NCBI RefSeq assembly: GCF_001194135.2
Contig: NC_068982.1
Location: 78,765,237-78,829,236 of the forward strand
DNA from: Octopus bimaculoides
Lineage: Eukaryota
Direction of reading: 5' to 3'
Length of the DNA: 64,000 nucleotides
Each line of letters begins with the position of its first letter. Position 1 is the first letter of the stretch. Made by a program: the position numbers and the translations under genes. Below, in pieces: positions 24,330 to 37,863 of the stretch. The notes under the pieces were generated by a model. That model did not search any database, was not told where the DNA came from, and saw only the letters and a list, made by a program, of their open reading frames with translations.

Positions 24330-25650
24330 CTTACATTCCAATAGGTACCCATCCATACCCTTAACTGCTTCAAACAAAGCCACTAACCCTAACAATTGTC
24401 CCTCCATTACACTTAAGCAATACACCCCAGAACTTGTTCTTATACTATTCAAACACTCCTTAATCCTTCATTCTCTATGTAATATACTGAGACATTTAGA
24501 AATACACTTCGATGTGTTTCATTCCAAAGGAAAGCAATCCGCAATCCGTCTGATTTAGCTAACTGGATGCTCTCATTTCTCACATCTCCAACGTAATGGA
24601 AACAACCATTAACAATGATGTTCTTCATCTCTTCCCTGCTTCCTGTGATCACCAGTACAACTTAACGGAGTCAAATCACTCATCTTTAGAGAATTTCAAT
24701 GAAAACAATGTTATGTTACAGACATCAGCATAGCCTTTGACCATGTCTGACTACAAATCTATCAAAACTTCTCACTTACAGGCTTCACCATCTCTTATCT
24801 CTTGGATTGATACATGTAGTTTCCCATCAGACTATACCATGTATTGATGGAGCTGTTTTTGCTCTACTTTCAATCAGTTCTGATCTTTCTCACTGCTTAG
24901 TTCTGTCCTCCCATTTTCTTCTTTTTCTACATCAGTGACTTGCTGTCACACCCAACAGCACTCGGTATTATGCAGATGGCATGCTCCTTCTTTCCTTCCT
25001 AAGCTTCTCTAATCATGCATTATTCATACATGACTTAGATACCACATGCCAAACCTGCATTGATTCGATAAATGGAAACTTTAAAACATCTTTCAGTGGG
25101 GTCTTGCCAACATTTCACTGTCACTGAGGATCTCTCCTGTTGAAAACATGTCCTTAGATTAGCCCCTCTCTTCAGAGCCTGAAAATATTTCACTCCTTAA
25201 CTGCTACTCACATTCTACTATGAGGCCCACAGAAGTCAGCCCACATGTGGGACAGAACTGCTTGGTATGCACACTGACATCTTTGCTATGCACACTGACC
25301 ATATCCTGAAAAGAACCACTGGGTTGATTGGCATTCCACCAGTAACAGACACACTCCAGATTCTGGTTCACATGTGTGCTGTCTCCTCTTTCTACTTTTT
25401 CTGTCATTTTTATAATGACCTCTGTTCCATGAAACTGACTAGTCTTCTAACTCCAGCACCTGGACACACTCTATCCACTGTCGTCACCTTGGTGTATCCA
25501 GTTCCCTCCTCTCCTCCCAATACTAACCACTATACCCAATCTTTCATCTCCAGAACATTGTCCCTTTGGAATCTCCTCCCTACTCATGTCTTTCCTGTAG
25601 GTGTTAACCAGCAGCATTTTAAACAATCTCACCACTTCTTTTTGTAGGGT
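24330..25650 (+). mobile_element. Degraded CR1/Jockey-group LINE, RT to C-terminus
   Basis: LKQYTPELVLIL, DISIAFDHV (24721), YADG (24969), KYFT, and C-terminal SFISRTLSLWNLLPTHVFP; many stops and frameshifts. Confidence 0.75.
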
Positions 25651-26206
25651 GGAGAGTGGGGTACAAGGATTATGGGCTCTGTTCCCCTTGCTCCAGACTC
25701 AGCAAGGATGGGCTTCCATGCTGTTTGTATTTATCAAATTTCACCCTTTGGCCAGCTTGAATCTATTGTAGAAACTTTCTGATGTGTCACACAATAAGAT
25801 TGAATCCCAGATCTCATGGCTGCAAGGTCAAGTTCTTAATCATACCTGCAATTTTTTAATTTGAATATGATAAACTTGAGTTGTCTTGGAACTTATTTAG
25901 AATAATGAGGAATTGACCAGCTTCATAATGAAAAAGTGACAACGGCAAGAATCTGTCTGGTCAAAGGTCTCATGGACTGTACTGTTTTTCTAAAACATAG
26001 AATCTGTGTTGTATTTTAATGTCTTGATGTACGAAACTATCCTCTGTGTTTCACTACTGTTGCCTGTAAGACATAACTCATATATAGTGGCAACACTAAA
26101 TGAGTAATACCAAGGTGTGTCAACTTGTATTATAAGAAAGAAGTGAATGTTTACTTGCACAACCTGTTACACTACTATTAACTGGACTCTGTACACACTA
26201 CAGGCC

Positions 26207-26617
26207 TCATCATCAGTTTTAACATACCCTTTTCCATGCTTGTATTGGTTAGATGGAATTTATTGGGGGCGGATTTTCTATGGTTGGATGCCCTTTCTGC
26301 TGTCAACCCTTACCTGTTACCAAGTAATATTTCCCTATGGTTTGACATGATTTCACAGAAGAATGGAAACAAAGGACACTGTTTACATGGCAGTAGCACT
26401 CATTCACAACTATTACACAGTGTCAAGAGAAGGAAACACACACACACACACACACACGCGCACGCGCGCGACTTTTCAGTTTCCATTTACCAAATCCACT
26501 TCAAGTTATTGGTTGTTCCAGAGCTGTTGTAGGAGTCACTTGCCCTAGGTGCCACACTGTGATTGAACCTGAACTCATGTAGATGGGAAGCAAACTTCTT
26601 ACCTTACAGCTATGCCC
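26207..26617 (-). mobile_element. tRNA/CORE-type SINE, near full length
   Basis: Tail catcatc...ttttccatgcttg, (AC)n/(CG)n middle, head cacttgcccta...attgaacc...caaacttcttacc. Confidence 0.85.
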
Positions 26618-27240
26618 ATTAAATAGTAAAAGTTCCTGTAATCTGTGTTTGTTGAGTTGACTTCTAACTGGAAAACAAGACTACTAAGGTAACAACATGG
26701 TTGGTAGTAGAAGCATGAAAGCACTTACGACTAGACTTAGTCATGTCAGAGGTTGATTGTTCATAGTTTTGAAGAGTGATCTTAGTGCAGCTTACATTTA
26801 AGACATATTGTCTTCACAAGCTGAGTAGGAAAATATGACTTCATTGTCTTAATTTGATGGCATATAGCTGGATAGTTCATTGAACTTATTCTAACTTTCA
26901 GGATGTGTAGGTGGGGATGCATTTTGATAAAATTTTTCAATTGTAGATGATCCATAACAAGTTAATAATAAAAAATAATTGGAATTAGAGCTGATCTATA
27001 AATGATAACTTGAAACAAATTGCTTTTCAATTTGGAAACCTGTTAAGTATATCAGAATTCTTTTATGAGAACAGCTGCTTTTATTTTATTGTTAAAGTGG
27101 CTTGCAGTTTTTGTTGATCTTGCATCATCCATTTCACAAGTAGCAAGCTTTTTATATGACTTGGTATATTTCAGTAGTAAATTTTAATCATTATGGACTT
27201 TATTTTTCTGTTTAAAAAAATTTCAGTTGTAAAAAAAGTA

Positions 27241-27244
<4 letters not shown>

Positions 27245-27298
<54 letters not shown>

Positions 27299-27313
27299 TC
27301 CCTATCTCTCTCC
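27245..27313. repeat. (CT)n microsatellite
   Basis: Direct observation. Confidence 0.95.
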
Positions 27314-29099
27314 ATAAACCCACCCACCCACACACACATCCGGCTATCTGCCTGCTTGTCTCTATGTCTAGCTCTTTATTGTCTAATCACTAATTCTTCT
27401 TTTTAAATTCATAGTTTTATAAAGAAATATGTTTCAAGAAAATATTGAAGAAAATGACAAAATTTTGCCAAATATAATGATTTTTAGCAAACATTATTGC
27501 TAATAATTCCAAAAAATTTTAAGTGAAGAACTGCCAATCTTTTATAGACTTTTACCTCTTGTTAACTGCATTAATTGAGTTAAAAGTATACATTGACAGA
27601 AATGGAATGCTTGCCTTGATATTCAGTCTAGATTTAGTAATCACATAAGTGCATTGGAAATAAGGTAATATGACATTATTGATCACTGGCTCCTTACCAT
27701 TTGAAAGCCATCAACAGGTTGTTATACATGGGCTGTAAAGTCAAGCTAGGAAAGGCATGAATTAATCAATAACTGCTCTAGCTCAGCTGATCACTTATTG
27801 TTAGAACTGATTTTTTTTTTCTTTTTGTAATCTGCCACAAGCATTTACTTGATCTGGTATCTATTTCCTTTCTTTTTGCATTTTCTGTTCTTAAAGCCAA
27901 ATTTTAAACTTGAAATGCCATTTTCCTTAGAATAATTTGTATTTCATATGTGAGTTCATTTTATTTTTTCTGACTGCTTCTTCAAAAGATTAATGAAGCA
28001 TTTCACCACCACTTCATCCTCTCCTATGTTGGATTTTACAGTAATAAATCTCTCTGTCCCCCCCCCTCCTCTCTCCTATATCTATTTTAATGGCTTTTGC
28101 AATTTTGTTGTTGGATTTGATAACCTCTGCTACTATCCTTCTGCTAAATAAATAATCACTTACTTTTTCTTACTTTCACCCTCATAAACACATGGACATA
28201 TACATACATACTGTTATTTTAAAAGGCTTTCCTAATGATTTGAAATGTTTTCTGTTTTAACTGCTGCATAAATTAGATCTTGATGATGTTGGTTGCTAAT
28301 AGAAAATTCACATCTATTTCCTAAAAGATGTGATTATCAAAACGGTTTAGTTTCAAGTGATATGAAATAGTTTTATTTTTATCAGATACTGAGGAGTGTT
28401 TTTAAAGAGTCTATTTTTAAAAAATAGTCTTTAATAAATAAAAAAAAGTGTGTTAGCATGTGTATATGTAAGTATGTGTGTTTATGTATGTGGAAGAGAT
28501 AGCACTATCAAAAGTGGATTAGCATTATCAGTTTTTCCATGTTAGCATGAGCTGGCTGGACTAGATTTCTGTCTATTCAGTGTGTATTGTTAATAATTTC
28601 CCCCTAATTCTGAGATTCTTGATATCATATTTTTTGTGATGGCATGGACTGCTACTTAAGTTTTACACAGACAAACTCTCTAATCTCCTCCGTAATGTTT
28701 TTAAAGAAAATATTTTCAGCTTTCCAGCTCAAAATAGTTCCAAACAATTGGATATTTACAAAGAATCCCTATGCAGATCATAAATTGCACCAAGTTAATT
28801 ATCTCTGATGACATTCATATCATGAGGTCCTTCAAAAAATGTACATAAGAAAGTTGTGTTAATTGTATACAGCGGTCTAAGCAGGATATTAAAATACAGT
28901 GTTAATGTAACTTGTATATCTTGGAATGTGTATGCCCTCCTTTATCTAGTATCACAGCTTTTGCCTGATTAGATATGAATTAGATAAGTGCTAGAGTTGA
29001 TTAGTTTGACAAAACCCTTCAAGGTATTGCCCCAGCATGGCTGCAGTTCAATAACTGACACAAGTAAAAGATAAAACACATCTTGATCCATGTTTATTC

Positions 29100-29560
29100 A
29101 CCTCCTTGGCCACTGCTTCTTTCAATTCTGTAATTAATGTAATTTTCAGCAATCTTGCTTGCAACTTGCTTTCAAGATGTTCATATATATATATTCCATT
29201 GGATTAAGATCCCATTTCAGAGATTCAGTTCTGTGAGTTCATTCCCAAACTTGTGACACCTTGCTCAAACTGCTTGGGGCTCAATCTTCTTAGAAAAGTG
29301 GTCTTCTTTAAGATATACAGAAGGGTATATATTTTGCAAAGTGGTCTTCCTATCAATTTTTACAGAATTTTGGATCATTTAAATCATTTACAACTAAAAT
29401 GAACTCTAATCTACCTATCATCTGAAGTGCTCCTACTATACTATAACTCCAAGTCCTTGATATTTTGCTATTCCTTGTGAACAGTCTGGCTCCTATATTT
29501 GAGTTTTCTTGCTCTATACATATATTCATTAGAATTAGGCCAGTTGAACCCTTTGGTTTC
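29100..29560 (-). mobile_element. Tc1-type transposase remnant (DD34E-compatible)
   Basis: Minus strand: D*APSSLSKVSQVWE*THRTESLKW-DLNPME...ITELKEAVAKE. D-to-E spacing is 29 as it stands, and 34 if a missing five-codon PPQSP-type segment is restored. Confidence 0.6.
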
Positions 29561-30213
29561 ATTAACTTTTAAAATCTTTGGCTATAAAATGAGGAAAAAA
29601 AAAAATGAGTGCTTAACTCATCTTTTTATTCGTCTTAACTAACATACATTTTTGCTTTGTTAGGTCTAGTGATCCTAATCCTATCTCAGTAATTCTTAAC
29701 CTATATATCTTCTGTCCATACACTTGGAATCACAGAGATGTCGCACAAATCTTTTATTGATTTTTTTTTTTTTTCATTAATGCTTAAATGTTTGTGGAAA
29801 TCATTTCAAGTAATATTCTTTTAAATCTAATATCGAGAAATGTGTCTTCTGCCAGACATGATACTAATCTTCGATATATTTCAGTATTTTTGAGAAATTC
29901 ATTGTGCTTATTTAAATAACATTACACTTAATTTAATGCCTTCATCAAGTATTGGTTATTTTTCTAACACTTCTTTTCAGTGATAACTTTCTAAAAGTTA
30001 TCTTCAGAAATTACTTGCCATTTTCTTGGAAACTAATCTTTGACTGAATCTTGCCATCTTTTTATTTTTGTACACATTTGTATCAATAAGAAAGAAAAAA
30101 GTGAAAAGGAGAAAAGAAAGAAATTCTGCACAATATCCCTTTTTTTTAAAGATGATTTTAATTGTATATTTTATTTTAATTTTAATAAATTATTGTAACT
30201 CTTTGTCTTTCAG

Positions 30214-30448
30214 ATTAATCGTGTAGAATATGTTCATTCCAAACATCTAATATACAGAGATGTTAAGCCAGAGAATTTTCTAATTGGAAGACAGTCAACA
30301 AAGAAGCAAAATATCATACATATTATAGACTTTGGTCTAGCAAAGGAATACGTTGATGCTGAAACACATAAACACATACCCTATCGAGACCATAAAAGTT
30401 TAACAGGAACAGCTCGCTATATGAGCATAAATACACATTTGGGAAAAG
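30214..30448 (+). CDS. CSNK1G: Casein kinase I gamma, internal coding exon (235 nt, phase 0 to 1)
   Basis: tctttcAG|ATT AAT CGT...GGA AAA G|GTAAGG. Translates [78 protein letters not shown] (catalytic loop, DFG, CK1 SIN motif). Not in the ORF track. Confidence 0.98.
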
Positions 30449-31487
30449 GTAAGGAAAACATTGCCAATGTGGGCAGGCAATATTATCAAACTATTCTACA
30501 TATTAACATATTACATTCCTTTCAAAACATTTCTGTTTTGACCACTTGAAAAACATTTCATCATGTATTAAATTTGTCTCTAGTTTTTGGCCATACATGC
30601 CTATGAACATATTTGTGTTTATTCCTGAATAAGCAGCCCTATGTTATGTAGGTAGTAGGTTAAACAATGATGTGCAATTTACAGATCTATTTTTCCAGAT
30701 AGATCAAGATGATGCTTTTACCTATTTGTGAAGCACAGTGCTATGTGGCTATAGAATGGTGTATCATATTGACTGTAGTATGTATGGAAGTCTATATAGA
30801 AGCCTCTTTATTGGAGTTGTGTTTTTTTTTTTTTTTTTCTGTTGATTGTGAATGAGCTGGGAATAATAATGAAAATTTGGGTTTTTCTCTGTTGTATTTT
30901 GTTTTGATTGAAGTGCTGTCAGTGTGTGTTTGTTTTTGATGGCTCCTAGTTTTTAGCAGTTTCTACATTGTCATCAACTTTTCCTAAAGCATGATATTTG
31001 CCCGTGCCATCTTTTCATCATTCAATCATCATTCTAGTCATGACTTTCTTGCCCCACCAATGTATAAAGGACTATGATACATTATCCATGACTCATTTTT
31101 CTAAGAATTTTATCATTTTCCTTGGATACTGTAGTTTGTTTCTTGGAAAACATTGTTTTGTAAATGGGTCTCCTGGTCACCATCTCAATTTACTTTTCAG
31201 CAAGTGAACCATATGTTGATTTGAAGAAGCTTGTGAAACCTTTTAGAATTAGAAGCCAAATCTTATTCAAAGCACGCACCATCAGTATTATCAGGCAGAC
31301 TCATATACATCTATTTGTTGACATGTTTGACAGTAACTATTGGCAAATGAGTCAAAGAAAATGTTTCAGACCAGATTTTTTTTTTTTTTAAGGCTAAATT
31401 TTGGGGTTCATCTATTCTATGCACATTACTTTTGAGAAATTGATGTGCAAAGTGCAGGCCAAAGTACTTTGTCAGTAGCAGAACATC

Positions 31488-32222
31488 TTATGAACTCTGA
31501 AATGAATTAGGGAAGAAGGAGTGAATTACAGTAATAATACCAATAATTAACTCATGTAGACATCAAAACTCATATATGTCTCTGTAACTGTGATGACTGT
31601 TTATTTTGGTTATTGTTTTATTTGCATTCCTTTAAACATGATCAATAATTTTTTCTTTGAACTTACATTTCTCAAAAAAAACTTTTATATCTGCATTGGA
31701 TATTTATTTTCTAAGTAATTTAATGTAGCTTAAATTTATGAATATTAAAATGAAAATTATAATTATGGTGAATTCATAAGCTTTATTTCTGCATTACAAA
31801 ACTGAAGTTAGTTTGTCTGGCATGTTAAAATTGAGTATTTTGTCTATATTTCCAATGCATGATAAGCTATAGACATCTTTCTTATTGGGGGAAATACTCC
31901 TATATTATCATCTAGATGAGTTGGTATCTTTATACAATCTTAGTTTTCTGCCAAAGTGTCTCATGAACTTTGTTCATTTTTAGCTTTTTAATTGCTCCTT
32001 GAGTTACATATTTTCCATCTTGATGATTCTCAAGCACCCACTCAGTGACTTTCTTCTTCATTTATAGTCACTTACAAGGCTGACATGTCAACAGACTTTG
32101 TTTCCAAATATTATGATCTCTGAAATAAATTAGGAAAGCAGGAGTGAATTACAATAATAATTCCAATACAATAATTATCTCATGTAGACATCAAAACTCC
32201 TGCCTCTGTAACTATGATGACT
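31488..32222 (+). repeat. Two-copy direct repeat of about 110 bp (31488-31598 and 32111-32222)
   Basis: Shared perfect 21-mer ctcatgtagacatcaaaactc at 31551 and 32179 with similar flanks. Confidence 0.85.
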
Positions 32223-32760
32223 ACTCAAGACCAAGAGATACAAAGTCTGGCCAGAAGTTTGAGGGAAGCTAACTTCCAGGTCAAAGTTCTTGCCATAGAA
32301 GTTGGAGCCAGAGGTTTTGTGGATGAATTTGCTTACAATCTAATGAAACAAATCTCAGTCTCTGGGGAGAATAGGAGCAAAACTCTAAAGGCAATATCAT
32401 AGACAGTGGAGAGGTGCTTCAACAGGATCTGGTCAAAGAGGAACTGAAATGACTTCCATACCTTTTGAAGGCAATATTTTTGTCTTTTAATACCAAGGGA
32501 AGTAACTCTGAGTGAGTCCTTGTGGTAGCATTGACTTTTTATCTCTACCATGATAACCAACGTTATTTTATTTTATTTTACAATAAGTTTGAAAGCTGAG
32601 TCAATGGAGAGGAGTCCCAACTTGATGAAATCTCCAAGCGATTTAAATGCACAAGTCTCTGATACCCACGTGGTTAAAAGGTGTCAGATGAAAAGCACCC
32701 AAGAGTCGTGACCTTGATGCAGCCCAGTTCTTTTTGAGTGTAAGAAGTTAAAGGCTGAAA
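32223..32760 (+). mobile_element. 3' fragment of an RLE-type LINE (Hero/NeSL-like)
   Basis: YKVWP / FQVKVLAIEVGARGFV...KAIS*TVERCFNRIWSKR resembles the C-terminus of an RLE domain. The 3' boundary and clade are uncertain. Confidence 0.6.
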
Positions 32761-32983
32761 CATTTGCCTATGGTGGGTTTCTTCTCTGAAGACCTGCTCT
32801 TGAGCTCTCTTGGGAGTTTTTTATCACATTGTATGAAGTTTATTTTATGTCTTTCCCTAACTATCTCACAAGTTTCTCTTGGAGCACCAAATTTTCTCCA
32901 CTCTCACAAATTTCTCTGGAGCATCAAATTCTTTTACTGCTTCAGTTATCTCCTCGCTATCTTCAATAATTTCTAATTGAAAT

Positions 32984-35900
32984 GTAGATTTGTGCTGCAT
33001 CCGAGAAGTAAGGTGGAGAGGAAGTTCTGCTAGGTTCCTCACAGGCAAAGAACATAGGTGTAAGATTTTCTGGGTGGAGAACACTGATGGGGTTGGGGAC
33101 ATGGGTATGCTCCTTGTGGAGAAATGGGTTGATAAGATAATTGAGGTAGTCAGAATCTGTGATAGAATACTTAAGTTTAGACTTGTGCTGCAACATGGAT
33201 TAGCAACCAATATTTCAGCTTATGCCCCTCAGCCAGGGCTACCTGATGAACAGAAAGATCAATTTTATGACACCCACTTGCAGACTACCTCATCGATGAA
33301 TGACAAGAACCTTCTCTTTGTGACTGGCGACTTGAACTGGCATGTTGGACAACTTCCAGGGAGCTTCCATGGTGCACATGGTGGCTATGGATTTGGTTTC
33401 CACAATGAGGAGGGAATCAGGCTGCTGGAGTTCTGTGATGCAAATGTTCTTATGATCTGTAACACTAACTTCAGGAAACCTGCCAGTCACCTGTTCACCT
33501 ACCAGTCTGGTGGGCACACTAGTCAGATTGACTACATTCTTGTCAGGGAACGGGAAAGCTGGCTACTTATAAATGTCAAAGCTTTGCCAGGTGAAGAATG
33601 CACCCCACAACATAGATTAGTAGTTAGTGACTTCAGGATCCAGGCTAAATGGTTGCCCAGAAGACAACCAGCATGGGAAAGAAGGGTCTGGCAGATTAAG
33701 GGTCCTCTGGATGGACAGAGATTTAGAGACATATTGAAGCTTTTGATGAAAAAGAGGAGGATATAGCATCACATAATGTGGAGGACAACTGGAGGTCCTT
33801 ATGAGACAACTTGTTAGGGTCTACTAACCAGATCTGTGGCTGATACAAAGTCCCCTCTCAACTTAAGGTAACGTGGTGGTGGAACAATGTAGTTGACAAG
33901 GCCATTAGGCAAAAGAAACAGGCGTGGTGGTAGCAGGGAACAGTATCAGATCACCAGAAGGGAAGCTAGAAGACAGGTTTAGTTAGCCAGAGAGGAAGCA
34001 GATAAGAAGAAACTTGCCAATGTTCTGCATTGTGAAGACCAGACACTTGAAATGTTCTATATTGCAAGACAGTATGTGAGAGAGAATCATGATGTTATAG
34101 GAGAGAAATGTGTCTGCATGGATGATGGCTCACTTGCATTCAATGGTGCTGCAAAAAGAGAGACTTGGAGACACTACTATGAAAGGTTACTAAATGAAGC
34201 GAATGAATAGGAGAAAAAGAGTTGCCAAATATCGACCCAACAGAGGACCCAGCTATTCAAACTGATAGTACCTTGGTAGATAATGCAGTTAAGGGTATGA
34301 AGACAGGGAAAGCCCTCAGCCCATCAGGAATCACTGCAGAGATGCTTAAAATATCTGGCAGTGTAGGCTGTAGTCACCTGTATAGTCAACCAAGTGATAC
34401 ATGAAGGAGTCATAGCCAATGACTGGTGTAGCAGCACCATAGTCAACTGCTACAAAGGCAAAGGTGACACATTAGATAGGAATTATTACAGAGGTATCAA
34501 ATTGTTGGATCAGGTGATGAAAGTCACGGAGAGGGCCATAGCCCAACTAATTAGAGAGAGAGTCAGTTTAGATGAGATGCAGTTTGGATTTGTGCCAGGG
34601 AGAAGCACCACTGATGCTATATTTCTGGTAAAACAGCTGCAGGAGAAATTCCTAGCCAAAGACAAACCTCTGTACTTGGCTTTGATATGGTCCCCTGATC
34701 CCTTATCTGGTGGTCAATGCAGAAACTAGGGAGAGATGAGTTGTTGGTGAGAGCTGTAGAAGCCATGTACAGGGATGCTGTCAGTAAGGTGAGGGTTGGC
34801 AATGAGTATAGTAAATAATTCCAGGTAGAAGTAGTGGTTCACCAAGGATCATTCCTCAGCCCCTCTCTTATTCATCATAGTCCTCCTGGCAATAACAGGA
34901 ATTCAAGACAGGCTGCCCCTGGGTTCTCCTCTATGCTGATGACCTTGCTCTAATAGCTGAGTCACTACCAGAACTAAAAGATTTTTAGGTGTGGAAGCAA
35001 GGTCTAGAATCAAAGGGCCTTAGAGTCAGTCTAGCAAAAACTAAAGTCTCCGTAAGTAGGAAGGCAGGCAAATCACAAATCCCTTCAGGTAGATGGCCCT
35101 GCTCGATCTGTAGAAAAGGCAAAGGTAGAAACTTCATAAGATGTACCCAGTGTAAGTTATGGGCACATAAGATGTACAGCAATATTAAAGGAAGGTTAAT
35201 TGGGAAGATAGTTTTTGTGTGGCAGATATGCAAGGGCAATAAACACCAAAGATGTATAGAAAACAGATTCCATCACATGCCAGGGGAAAAAAAAACTAGA
35301 AGCAGTTGATGGTTTCCATTACCTAGGTGACCAAGTCAGTAGCTGGGGTGGATGTTCTGAGAGCGTTGCCACTAGAATAAGAATAGCCTGGGCAAATTTC
35401 AGAGAGTTCCTACCTCTGCTGGTAACAAAGGGCTTCTCGCTTAGAGTGAAAGGTAGACTGTATGATGCATGTGTGTGAACAGCCATGCTACATGGCAGTG
35501 AAACATGGGCTGTGACTGCTGAGGAAATGCATAGGCTTCAAAGAAATGAAGCTAGTATGCTCCACTTATTGTGTAATGTTAGTGTGTATACATGACAGAG
35601 TGTAAGCGCCTGAAAGAAAAGTTGGATGTAAGCATTAGATGTGGTGTGCAAGAGAGATGACTGCACTGGTATGGTCATGTGTTGTGTACGGATGAGGACA
35701 GCTGCGTGAAGAAGTGTCACACCCTAACAGTGGAGGGAACCTGTGGAAGAGGAAGACCTTGGATGAGGTGGTGAAGCACAACCTTCGAACATTGGGTCTC
35801 ACAGAGGCAATAACAAGTTACCGATACCTTTGGAGATAGGTGTGCTTGAGAAGACCCAGCAAGCCAAATGAGATCGTAGCTGTGGCTGATGCCAGTGTCA

Positions 35901-36233
35901 CATAACCAGCCCGTTAAAAAGTACCCTTCAATTGTCAAGCAATATGCTGTGCTTGAGAAAACCTGTTGAGTCAAGTGAAACCGTTGTCATGGCTGATACC
36001 AGTGCTGCCTGACTGGCACCCATGCTGGTGGCAAGTAAAAAGCACCCACTACACTCTTGGAGTGGTTGGTGTTAGGAAGGGCATCTAGCTGTAGAAACAT
36101 TGCCAGATCAGATTCGAGTGTGGTGCAGCCACCTGGCTTGCTATCCTCATTCAGACCATCCAACTCATGCCAGCATGGAAAGCAGATGTTAAACGATGAT
36201 GATGGTGGTGGTGGTGGTGGTGGTGGTGGTGGT
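32984..36233 (+). mobile_element. RTE-clade LINE, about 3.2 kb, 5'-truncated within the endonuclease, inactivated
   Basis: APE domain (SAYAPQ, GDLN, NEEG, QIDYIL, HRLV); RT (NYYRGIKLL, MQFGFVPGRSTTDAIF, HQGS, LYADDL, YLGD); 3' UTR ending gcatggaaagcagatgttaaac(GAT)n(GGT)n. Multiple stops and frameshifts. Confidence 0.95.
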
Positions 36234-37053
36234 GAATATGGCTGTATACTTGTTTTGATTAGGAAATTTCTCACAAAATGACAAAGAATTTTAAAGCCCA
36301 AACTTTTTACAGCTGTACTCCACAAATACTATATGGGAAGAAACCTATCAGTTTTCTTACCAAATGAGGTTTTGACCTGACTCTGACAAAACTTTTATAT
36401 AGTCACCTTGATAGCTATGGCTGATAAAATAATGAACAGTAATACTGATGGTTGTGACGTCGCCATAATGAGAAGTTTTGCCTTGTAGGTAGTTGCTCTG
36501 ATATCAGAGATCAATCTGTAATAAGTGTACTGTGCTGGTTGTGCAGTGTATGGAAGAATCCTTTGTATTTTAGGGTTTACGATTCATTCTCCACATTTCA
36601 TGATTGGAAAGTGGCTTTGAAAGAAATTAGGCTATGGACAGTGTTATGAATAACACTTAAGATAGCATTGCAATGGCTGAGTGGCAGCTAGATTTTGTTG
36701 AGGATATAACAGCCACAGATGTTCTAGTGAGGTTGTAAATAGTTCACAAAAAATAAACAAGCTTATCTGACATTTGCTAAGTAGGCATATGTTTTAGTTG
36801 GTACTTGATCTAACTTCCTTTCTTTGGACAGATCTGACTACCTTAGATGAGTGTTAACTCACCTTATCCTTACTCAGTGTGTTCTTTATGGTACTCTTAC
36901 CTTTTTGTTATTTTCTAATCCAAATACATTTAGAGATTAAATTAGTGGTGAATGTCCATTAGTTTTGTAAAACAAGCATAAATTTCTTGTTTATTAGTAT
37001 ATTGAGTTACTTAAATTTTACTCAAGTTTACTCTGGATTTGTTTTGTCTGTAT

Positions 37054-37400
37054 TTTCCTATGCTAGCATGGGTTGGAAGAATACATACTATTGTAGTATT
37101 TTTTTAGCTGGATATCTTTCCTGTCACTAACTTTTGTTTTTAAAGAGAGGACCTTTTATTTTACATACCTTCAAATTACCAGGTATATCAAACATCACTG
37201 TTTTTTAGCTCTTGCAAAAGAAGGAATGTAAGCATTTGCACATATGCACATAGATGTGCACACACACACATGTACATGGTGAGCTTTCCTTCACAAAGAA
37301 TTGGTTGACCTGAGGGGAGAGTAAAAGACACTTGCCCAGAATGCTGTGCAGTGGGATGTAGTAACCAATTCTATATTCACAGAGCTATGCTCACACCTAT
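37054..37400 (-). mobile_element. Degraded tRNA/CORE-type SINE
   Basis: Tail ttttcctatgctagcatggg; core gacacttgcccagaatgctgtgcagtggga. Confidence 0.7.
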
Positions 37401-37863
37401 AGCTATGCTTGACTATAGATAAATTCAAATTCAGTTATATGGAAAAACATTTAGGTGTTCTGTTTTTTACTTTTATCATATGAAAGCCACAACAGTAACT
37501 ATTCCCTACCTCTTACCTTCTCAAATTTTATACACCATTTTGTGGATTTGCTTGTCAGAAATATATTCCATTGTTTCTTTGGCTTTACAGTATGATTCAA
37601 ATATCATTTGTACAATGTTGAGGTGGGGTTCTTATTTTGAATAATGGGTCACAGTTTTCCCCCTAGCATACTGGTTTATTGTTGGTATATGAAAATACTG
37701 ACAGTTGAAAGAATGGCATTTAGGCCATTATCCTTTAAAAAAGAAGTGCAATTAACTGAAGGGCTTGTCTTTGCTCCAGTAATTTGTAGCCATAAGTATC
37801 CTTCCAATGTTCATCATTATATATATATATTTTTTAAAATGCCTGAACTTTATCCAGGTGTGT

